Of a DNA stretch of 34,385 nucleotides, positions 8,676 through 15,446 are shown in pieces (within the stretch, counting starts at the first letter, position 1; each line of letters starts with the position of its first letter). The position numbers and the translations under genes were made by a program. Origin of the DNA: a virus. The stretch lies in UHGV virus genome UHGV-0351038, one strand, 5' to 3'. The notes under the pieces are model-generated. The model was not told the origin of the DNA, made no database searches, and worked only from the letters and a program-made list of their open reading frames with translations.

Positions 8676-8831
8676 TTACTCCTCAGGTTCGTAAGCTGTG
8701 AAGACAGCGACCTCCGTCTGGCCGGTTCGGATTCGTACCTCGCAGAGGTCTTTCCTCGTTACCAGTGCCGTCACTATGACGGTTAAACAGATGACGATCA
8801 GGGCGATTAACATCGCCTTTTGCTGCTTCAT
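8676..8831 (-). CDS. hok: Hok/Gef-family type I toxin (51 aa); the longer overlapping frame (to 8888) is mok-like
   Basis: MKQQKAMLIALIVICLTVIVTALVTRKDLCEVRIRTGQTEVAVFTAYEPEE: single TM helix and conserved C-terminal pattern of Hok toxins; track ORF 8676-8888 extends upstream as expected for mok. Confidence 0.8.
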   Translation of the reverse strand: MKQQKAMLIALIVICLTVIVTALVTRKDLCEVRIRTGQTEVAVFTAYEPEE

Positions 8832-9295
8832 AGCCTGCTTCTCCTTGCCTTTCGGCACGTAAGAGGCTAACCTACATGTGTCTAGCATGAAATTGGCCTC
8901 AGATTAATGTTAAGCGTCTTGCAGGACGCGTAATGTTAACTGGGGCTTTTCTCTATCTGCCGTTGGTGTTATGCCCGAGGCAGATAGCCTCAAGCACCCG
9001 CAGCCATTCTACTTAACTACCGTTACCTCGCCAATGTGAAATCAGTCAGAAAGGCGATCCATAAGAACAATAGCAAGACAATAAATCGCCATTACAGCCG
9101 TAATAGCCAGCGCACATTTGAGAACCAGCACCACAACCTCCTGTATTGGACGTACACCAGTCCTGATGAATATGAGGCTGTCTCGTCAGTGATTCAATAC
9201 AACTATTGGGTATAGTTTCTCTGATTTTTTCTGTGGAAATGGGGCTCAACCACTAGTCATTTAATACGCAAAGTCCGATACAAGCTAACCTTCTA

Positions 9296-9319
9296 GTCCG
9301 CTTTGAGCGAAAAGCGGAC
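9296..9319. repeat. Hairpin GTCCGCTTT-GAGCG-AAAGCGGAC downstream of the HAD gene; related to hairpin at 10761-10786
   Basis: 9-bp perfect inverted repeat; shares GTCCGCTT / AAGCGGAC arms with the hairpin upstream of the Nudix gene; no U-tract on either strand. Confidence 0.5.
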
Positions 9320-9379
9320 GTTGGAAGTTTAAAACTCGCGAACTACTCAGCGTCCATTGATGCGTATTGTGTAACGTGA

Positions 9380-10024
9380 TTAACCACAGATGATATTGAA
9401 ACGTTCTCCGGAAATCTTGACCATAATGTCAGACAGTTCGCTGACGGCATGGGCTTCAGATGATCCCAGAGCGTCAGGCTGAACAGCTATTACCGAAGCT
9501 CCACTTGCCAGCCCTGCTTTTATACCCGCAGATGCATCCTCAAATACCACGCATTCACCAGGCTCAAGGCCCAAAGCCAAAGCTGCTTTGATGTAACCCT
9601 CGGGACTTGGTTTTCCCGTCATTACATCTTCTGCACACACCATTACTATGGGTAAGGGGAGATTAGCCGCTTTCATCCTGTTTTCTGCAAGCATTCTGCC
9701 TGCAGAAGTGACAAGTGCCCAGCTATCCGGTGGCAGTTTTGATAAGAGTGCAGCGGCCCCTTTTACTTCAGTAACGCCTTCTGTCATGTTGATTTCAACC
9801 TCTTCGAGTGAGGCCGCGATTTTATTGGTTTTCTCACCTGCACCAATAAAATGCGTCAGTGTATCAATCGTTTGCCGCCCGTGTGCGTAAGCAATCACAG
9901 CCTGAGTATCAAGACCGTATTCTGCACAAAAATCTCTCCAGACGCTTTCCACTACGGCTGTTGAATCAACCAGCGTACCGTCCATATCGAATAAAAAACC
10001 CTTAGCGTTGAATATCATTGCCAT
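9380..10024 (-). CDS. HAD-superfamily (subfamily IA-like) phosphatase, sugar-phosphatase-like
   Basis: 214 aa; motif I FDMDGTLVDS, later conserved T/S and K, and the acidic motif ...FEDASAGIKAG...; overall resembles YfbT/YniC-type sugar phosphatases. Confidence 0.75.
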   Translation of the reverse strand: MAMIFNAKGFLFDMDGTLVDSTAVVESVWRDFCAEYGLDTQAVIAYAHGRQTIDTLTHFIGAGEKTNKIAASLEEVEINMTEGVTEVKGAAALLSKLPPDSWALVTSAGRMLAENRMKAANLPLPIVMVCAEDVMTGKPSPEGYIKAALALGLEPGECVVFEDASAGIKAGLASGASVIAVQPDALGSSEAHAVSELSDIMVKISGERFNIICG

Positions 10025-10047
10025 TCCTTAATGGTTGCAGAAGAAAG

Positions 10048-10686
10048 TTAATCAAACCATGTTTTTTCATCACCTTTCGCTACTCTCAGGCTGACAGCAA
10101 TCTGCTCAGGCACAATTCTTGAAAGCGACAATTCAGGCAGGTCGTTGACATCAAAAAAATCAGCATCGAGTGACTCATGGCTGATTGACAGGCTGCCACC
10201 TACTTCTTCACAGAGAAAAATCAGCTTGTAAACATGCCAGGGTAAAGGCGGATGGCCGTGAAGATTACGATCCCAAACTCCCAATAGTTTAGTCACTCTG
10301 ACTTTTAATCCGGTTTCTTCTTCGACTTCTCGACGCACAGCTTCAGAAGGTGTATCTCCAACATCTGCCCATCCGCCAGGAAGACTCCATAATCCATCTG
10401 CAGCCTCTTTCACCATCAGAATACGATTATTACGCAGGATAAACGCACGCACATCTGTTTTGGGCGTCGCGTAACCCGTTTCCGATACATGAAACAAATC
10501 ATTGCGGCTAATATCAAACTGCGAACTCAGCAGTCCAGCGGCAATTTCACGCAAGGCTTCATAGCGTTCCTTGTCAAAGACGTCTTTTGAATAGGTCAGG
10601 CCTGACTGCGCGAGGGCCTTTAGTCTCTGGGCAACAAAAATAAGCTTTTCTTGGGTCAACACTTCAGACATGTTTTTCATCTTCAT
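10048..10686 (-). CDS. Nudix hydrolase with N-terminal extension domain
   Basis: 212 aa; Nudix box GGWADVGDTPSEAVRREVEEETGL (GX5EX7REUXEEXGU) at residues about 104-127, preceded by an about 80-aa N-terminal domain; 23-bp gap to the HAD gene, so probably one operon. Confidence 0.8.
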   Translation of the reverse strand: MKMKNMSEVLTQEKLIFVAQRLKALAQSGLTYSKDVFDKERYEALREIAAGLLSSQFDISRNDLFHVSETGYATPKTDVRAFILRNNRILMVKEAADGLWSLPGGWADVGDTPSEAVRREVEEETGLKVRVTKLLGVWDRNLHGHPPLPWHVYKLIFLCEEVGGSLSISHESLDADFFDVNDLPELSLSRIVPEQIAVSLRVAKGDEKTWFD

Positions 10687-10760
10687 TTATGTATTCAGAG
10701 TTCCTGTTAAGGATACTGCTCAATTCAATGAAGAATAACAAATGCATCTGGCACCTGCTA

Positions 10761-10786
10761 TGTCCGCTTCTGGCACAAAGCGGACA
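10761..10786. repeat. Hairpin TGTCCGCT-(10 nt)-AGCGGACA upstream of the Nudix gene; related to hairpin at 9296-9319
   Basis: 8-bp inverted repeat sharing sequence with the hairpin downstream of the HAD gene. Confidence 0.5.
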
Positions 10787-10882
10787 ACCACGCCAGATCT
10801 ACCCTGTGCCATGAAAAATGAGAATGTCAATTCACTCCTGAACTAATGCTTTTTAATCTAGTAACGTCTAAAATACCTAACA

Positions 10883-11284
10883 TTATCCCTGATAAAATGC
10901 CAGTATGCGCTGCATAACTTCACTCATCCGGCACTCGCGACAGATTATGTTTAGGCGACTGTCGTAGCGACGTATTTCTCCATCAGGTAACGACCAGATA
11001 AGGTCCGGATCAACCACAGCTGTTTTCTTCACCTTTGCCCTCGATAGTTTTTTGCGGGCGTTTTGCCAGTCCTTACGCGCCTGTTCAGACGGGAATAACC
11101 CGTAGCCGGAGTTGTATACATCGCCACTGGCTACCAGCTCTCTGGCAAGAACGCTCATCAGATATCTAGTCGCACCTGTTTTAGCTTCCAGTTGCCGTAA
11201 CGTCTCACGACCGCTCTGGCGCACGAGTTCCACCACCTGCCCTTTAATTTTTTCCCGCTCTTCTTGTGTAAAAACTTTTGCCAC
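10883..11284 (-). CDS. Hypothetical protein (133 aa), possible winged-helix DNA-binding fold
   Basis: GTG start with strong AAGGGGGA RBS; no family recognised. Confidence 0.45.
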   Translation of the reverse strand: MAKVFTQEEREKIKGQVVELVRQSGRETLRQLEAKTGATRYLMSVLARELVASGDVYNSGYGLFPSEQARKDWQNARKKLSRAKVKKTAVVDPDLIWSLPDGEIRRYDSRLNIICRECRMSEVMQRILAFYQG

Positions 11285-11324
11285 AAGTCCCCCTTAAAAT
11301 TACCTCATGACCTGAAATCAAAAC

Positions 11325-12290
11325 TTATCCTCTGAAACCAGGCGGAATTTCTGTATCCGGTTCAGAAATATGATTCACACAACGCTGTACAGGTGAACGT
11401 CCCAGGCGGATGACCAGTTCGTCCCATTTTTCGCGGAGTTTTGACGGGCTCATGATGTTTTTTACCCAGAATGGATCCCGCTGTACCCGACCAAACATTT
11501 CGCAAATTTGTCTGTGGCTTCTGCCATCCAGCATCCGCATTGTGCGCACGTCATTGGCCCAGGCTGTCCAGTTAGGCTCTTTTGGTCGCATGATCTCTCC
11601 ATCGTCGCTGGCAGCCTGTTCGTAAAGGTTCACGATCCGCCCCCAAATCCACTGCGCACACGCCAAATCCTCCCTGCTACCCCACTGGCGTTTTTTCACA
11701 CTAAACACAACCGCGTCGGGGTTCCGGGTTAAAAAATCCTGTTCAGTCGTCTGCGGGTCCGGTTGCGAAGCTTCCGGACGAAAAGTGTTTTTATTCTCTG
11801 TAGTAATCTCTGTTGTATTCTCTGTAAGATCATCAGGCCATTTTGACCCGATGACATTGGGTCGTTTTGAACCAATGGAGCGTTTCATTTTGACCTCTTC
11901 CATCGTGTCATTTTGACCTGATGGAGCGGCGCATTTTGAACCGATGGATTCGTTCAATTTGCCACCATCTAAAAGCTCGCTCCCATAGTTGATCGTGTAG
12001 AAATTGGTCATATCGCGCTTTGATTTATTGAGCTTTTCACAACGCAAAAGCCCCTGCGTTTTCAGACTTGCAAACGCGCGTTTTAACGTTGACTCTGACC
12101 AGAATGGGAACTGTTCCAGCCATTGTTCCGTTGTGTTATAAATCCAGCGAACACCATCACATTCCATACCGGAGTTGGTATCTCTCAACCAGTAGTGCAG
12201 TTGTTGCAAAACAATGGCTTCGTTTAAGCCGATTTTCATTGCCAGCTGCGTGTTTATAACCAGTGGGCGTTCAGCAAAAAGAAGACTCAT
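11325..12290 (-). CDS. Phage replication initiation protein (lambda O-like organiser) containing an internal iteron array
   Basis: Track ORF to 12344 starts at TTG; ATG at 12290 preferred. Direct DNA repeats inside the gene map to repeated peptide motifs (SIGSK..., VIGSKWPDD), as in lambda O/ori. Family assignment from position and architecture only. Confidence 0.55.
   Translation of the reverse strand: MSLLFAERPLVINTQLAMKIGLNEAIVLQQLHYWLRDTNSGMECDGVRWIYNTTEQWLEQFPFWSESTLKRAFASLKTQGLLRCEKLNKSKRDMTNFYTINYGSELLDGGKLNESIGSKCAAPSGQNDTMEEVKMKRSIGSKRPNVIGSKWPDDLTENTTEITTENKNTFRPEASQPDPQTTEQDFLTRNPDAVVFSVKKRQWGSREDLACAQWIWGRIVNLYEQAASDDGEIMRPKEPNWTAWANDVRTMRMLDGRSHRQICEMFGRVQRDPFWVKNIMSPSKLREKWDELVIRLGRSPVQRCVNHISEPDTEIPPGFRG
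11838..11955. repeat. Iteron-like direct repeats (about 5 copies, roughly 23-bp period, core CATTTTGA(A/C)C(C/T)GATGGA) inside the replication gene: candidate origin
   Basis: Seen directly: cattttgacccgatgac / gttttgaaccaatggag / cattttgacctcttcc / cattttgacctgatggag / cattttgaaccgatggat. Confidence 0.6.
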
Positions 12291-12780
12291 AATTCCATCC
12301 AGCTTTTTGTTGGTATTGCTGTCGATACGCAAGCTTGAAAGCAATTGCTTTTTCTATAAGTTCGTCAGTTTCACGATCTACAACGGCAGGATCTGCAAAA
12401 AGCAGTCCAGATTCCACCACATCGCCATATTCTTTATTTAACCCGGCGATCATGTACGTAATACTTTTTTCACGATACAACCTGAAATCACTAATCCGGA
12501 TAGCCTCCATAATTGCAGGCACTAGCGCTGTGAACTTTTCACGCTTATCCCTGGTGTCGATAGCCTTCCAGCGTTCGAATATCTTCACTCGATTAACGCT
12601 AAGCGCTCGCTGATCAACCGCGCCACCTTCATATGTGACACGCTGAACATCGATGTTCGGGCGCTCTTTCAAAGCCCAGAATGCTTCAGTGATTAATATC
12701 GTCGCCTGCTCCTGTGTCATTCCTGGTCGACATATCCAGGCATCCAGAGCCTCACGAGCCTGTTCAGGAGTGATTTTCAT
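12271..12780 (-). CDS. Hypothetical protein (169 aa) at the YdaT position of Rac-like early operons
   Basis: ATG start; follows the cro-like gene with a short overlap; no motif recognised. Confidence 0.45.
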   Translation of the reverse strand: MKITPEQAREALDAWICRPGMTQEQATILITEAFWALKERPNIDVQRVTYEGGAVDQRALSVNRVKIFERWKAIDTRDKREKFTALVPAIMEAIRISDFRLYREKSITYMIAGLNKEYGDVVESGLLFADPAVVDRETDELIEKAIAFKLAYRQQYQQKAGWNYESSFC

Positions 12781-12991
12781 TGTTCAACCGCCCCGTCCGC
12801 TTCGTCTTACGATATTCGTCATAAACTTTGGGATCATACTGAAGCTCCCCGCCAGATGCCTCCTGTAGACGCATCGCGCGACCTTCAGGAACCAGTATCC
12901 CCCAGGCAGCAACACTTGCCAGTCTCACTCCTGCGGCATTGGCAAGCTTTGTTTTGCTGCCAAAAAAAGTAATTGCGTCAACTTTAAGCAT
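12764..12991 (-). CDS. Cro/YdaS-like HTH DNA-binding protein
   Basis: About 75 aa with motif TKLANAAGVRLASVAAWG typical of Cro/YdaS-type HTH; divergent from the repressor gene. ATG at 12991 (track start 12994 is TTG). Confidence 0.65.
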   Translation of the reverse strand: MLKVDAITFFGSKTKLANAAGVRLASVAAWGILVPEGRAMRLQEASGGELQYDPKVYDEYRKTKRTGRLNNENHS

Positions 12992-13004
12992 CAAAGCCCC
13001 CTCT

Positions 13005-13022
13005 TGTTAGACTTTTCTAACA
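13005..13022. promoter_or_regulatory. Operator-like palindrome TGTTAGA-CTTT-TCTAACA between cro-like and repressor genes (OR-like)
   Basis: Perfect 7-bp inverted repeat in the 80-bp divergent intergenic region; the same half-site recurs at 13515-13534. Confidence 0.5.
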
Positions 13023-13071
13023 TTATTGTGCGCGGGATACCTAAGTCAAGAAAAATTAGAATTACCTAACT

Positions 13072-13479
13072 ATGGATACAAGAACCCTAGGCCAGCGAGT
13101 TCTGGCGCGACGAAAAGAATTACGCTTAACACAACGAGAAGCTGCGCGCCTCGCTGGAGTTGCTCACGTCACAATTTCACAATGGGAAAGAGACGAAACC
13201 CAGCCAGTCGGAAAACGATTGTTTGCTTTAGCGGATGCTCTGAAGTGCTCACCTACATGGCTAATGTTTGGTGATGAAGACAAGGCACCAGTGCCTGCAC
13301 AAGAACTTCATGTGGAAACAGAGCTAACTCCCAACCACAAAGAATTGATCGAATTATTCGATGCTCTTCCATCTTCCGAGCAGGAAGCCTTGCTGTCTGA
13401 AATGCGCGCAAGAGTAGAAAACTTCAACAAACTCTTCGAAGAAATGCTTAAAGCGCGTAAAAATAAATCAATAAAATAA
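13072..13479 (+). CDS. XRE-family HTH repressor (cI/RacR/DicA-like), no peptidase domain
   Basis: 135 aa; N-terminal HTH (LRLTQREAARLAGVAHVTISQWERDET); too short for, and lacking, an S24 Ser-Lys peptidase domain. Confidence 0.75.
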   Translation: MDTRTLGQRVLARRKELRLTQREAARLAGVAHVTISQWERDETQPVGKRLFALADALKCSPTWLMFGDEDKAPVPAQELHVETELTPNHKELIELFDALPSSEQEALLSEMRARVENFNKLFEEMLKARKNKSIK

Positions 13480-13514
13480 CATTCTTTTCAAGTGATTAGT
13501 TGCGCCCACTCTTT

Positions 13515-13534
13515 TTGTTAGACCAACCTAACAA
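13515..13534. promoter_or_regulatory. Second operator-like palindrome TTGTTAGA-CCAA-CCTAACAA (OL-like), with a degenerate copy near 13552-13568
   Basis: Shares TGTTAG/CTAACA half-sites with the 13005-13022 site; sits at the head of the plus-strand operon (small ORFs, kil, recE-like, xis, int). Confidence 0.45.
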
Positions 13535-13647
13535 AAAACACTTGCCTCTCATGTTAGGTTATTCTAAATTACTTTCCATCAAGACACCGCACGGTGTTCT
13601 CAGCAAACAGTTCCGCTACCCCGGCGTTAAGGGGAAATGAGGTCAGC

Positions 13648-13803
13648 ATGGATACTATCGATCTTGGCAACAACGAATCTCTGGTATGAGGCGTGTTTCC
13701 CAACCAAGACGGCACGTTCACCGCGATGACGTATACCAAAAGCAAAACGTTTAAAACCGAAGCTGGCGCGCATCGCTGGCTGGAAAGAAATTCAGGTGAG
13801 TGA
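13648..13803 (+). pseudogene. YdaF-like small ORF interrupted by an in-frame TGA (13687-13689)
   Basis: MDTIDLGNNESLV-stop-GVFPNQDGTFTAMTYTKSKTFKTEAGAHRWLERNSGE in one frame; resemblance to Rac YdaF is from memory. Confidence 0.4.
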
Positions 13804-13804
13804 T

Positions 13805-13933
13805 ATGGATTTCGACGCAATCATGGAAAAGGCTTACGAAGAATACTTCGAAGGCCTTGCCGAAGGCGAAGAAGCTCTCAGCTTCAGCGAATTTAAACAG
13901 GCGCTTTCCAGTTCGGCAAAAGCTAACAACTGA
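13805..13933 (+). CDS. Small acidic protein (42 aa), YdaG-like position
   Basis: ATG 1 nt after the preceding stop (overlapping TGAnATG arrangement); MDFDAIMEKAYEEYFEGLAEGEEALSFSEFKQALSSSAKANN. Confidence 0.4.
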   Translation: MDFDAIMEKAYEEYFEGLAEGEEALSFSEFKQALSSSAKANN

Positions 13934-14087
13934 GAGGTTTATGATGGAATTGAGAGTTTGTTTCAAACTCTCAATAAACCAGAGGCAGGTAAGGAGCGTT
14001 AAATTATTGCTTGAAAGCAATAAGATCACTCAATCTCACCGCTATAGGCATTCCATCTGAGCATGAGGGTACGCCAGAAAATATCGT

Positions 14088-14558
14088 TTATGTGCAAAAC
14101 ACAGTATGGATTTTCGTCGGGAAGGAGTTGCCCTTCCATGGGGAGCAAAATATTAGCAGATACCAGTTTTTTATATCAGAATCATTGCGTACAGCATGGA
14201 TCACAGGATAGTTCCTCGATAATGCCGTAATAAGAATTTTTTTCTGACCCGCAGTCAAGGAATCGATAACTGCATTGATATGACTGATTGTTTTTTGTTC
14301 TCTTGTATTGTTCCGGTGACTTCGCCAGACCTTACGAAGAAATAAAGCTAAACGTTGGAGATTTATAGCCAGCACAAAAGAAAAGGCAAAAACGAATACC
14401 GGGTAAATATAAGGAATGCTGATTTTGTCTTGAACATACTCCGGTACAGAATCAGGCATAAAGAGCAATATCAAAACAAAGATAATAAGCATATACATAA
14501 GGCGCTCTAAGGGTTCGTTACTGAATAACTTGCTCAACAAGCCGAATACATCAGGCAT
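14088..14558 (-). CDS. Putative membrane protein (156 aa), possibly superinfection-exclusion (SieB-like) by position
   Basis: Hydrophobic N-terminal half (LIIFVLILLFMP, VFVFAFSFVLAI); AT-rich; location next to immunity region. Function is inference. Confidence 0.4.
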   Translation of the reverse strand: MPDVFGLLSKLFSNEPLERLMYMLIIFVLILLFMPDSVPEYVQDKISIPYIYPVFVFAFSFVLAINLQRLALFLRKVWRSHRNNTREQKTISHINAVIDSLTAGQKKILITALSRNYPVIHAVRNDSDIKNWYLLIFCSPWKGNSFPTKIHTVFCT

Positions 14559-15101
14559 ATTAATAACTCTCTACTGTAAGGGTATTAAAATGCTATCACA
14601 GACTCTCGCTGTAGGGGTATAGCCGAGACCACCGAGCCTGAAGTGGTAAAAAGACAGGCACACAACACGAAAGCGCACGGCGAGGCTGTTAGTTCATAAA
14701 TGGTCTGTCGTTAAATTTTCGTCGACCGTGCGCTTCCGGTTGTGGCAATCCGCGAAATGGCGCGGCGGTAAGTATGGCGGGGTTATTCCTTCCCCGTTGA
14801 GGACACCGGGTTGTCAGGTTGACCATACGCTTAAGTGACAACCCCGCTGCAGCGCCCTCTGTTATCAATTTTCTGGTGACGTTTGGCGGTATCAGTTTTA
14901 CTCCGTGACTGCTCTGCCGCCCTTTTTAAAGTGAATTTTGTGATGCGGTGAATGCGGCTGAGCGCACGCGGAACAGTTAAAACCGAAAACTGTGTTATGG
15001 GTGGATTCTCTGTATCCGGCGTTAATTGTTAACTGGTTAACGTCACCTGGAGGCACCAGGCACCGCATCAACAAAGTTCATTTGTAAAAATGGAGATAAT
15101 T

Positions 15102-15323
15102 ATGATTGCTCATCACTTCGGAACTGATGAGATTCCTCGTCAGTGCGTGACTCCCGGTGATTATGTTATTCATAAAGGAAGAACATATATTGCTTCGGTA
15201 AACAACATTAAAAAACAACGGCTCTATATTCGTGATTTTTCCACACAACACTGTATTAAGGAAACCATGATTAAAGTCTTCCTTGGTCGTGATGGTTTAC
15301 CTGTAAAAGCAGAGTCATGGTGA
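15102..15323 (+). CDS. kilR: KilR-like small protein (about 73 aa)
   Basis: [21 protein letters not shown]...[16 protein letters not shown] with GGAG RBS 8 nt upstream of the ATG at 15102; identity with Rac KilR is from memory. Confidence 0.5.
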   Translation: MIAHHFGTDEIPRQCVTPGDYVIHKGRTYIASVNNIKKQRLYIRDFSTQHCIKETMIKVFLGRDGLPVKAESW

Positions 15324-15446
15324 GCAGTAATAAAATAACTGCCACAATACGACATTCAGCTTAATGAATACATCAGATTTGATTCTTATATGCCAGCAAT
15401 GGCAGGGATTTGTTCACCCTTAAATCTGTAATGAGGTTAAAACAAA

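Noticed and set aside
9046-9249. 67-aa minus-strand ORF between hok and the HAD gene
   Set aside because: Cys/Gly-rich low-complexity translation with no start context; more likely non-coding hok regulatory sequence.
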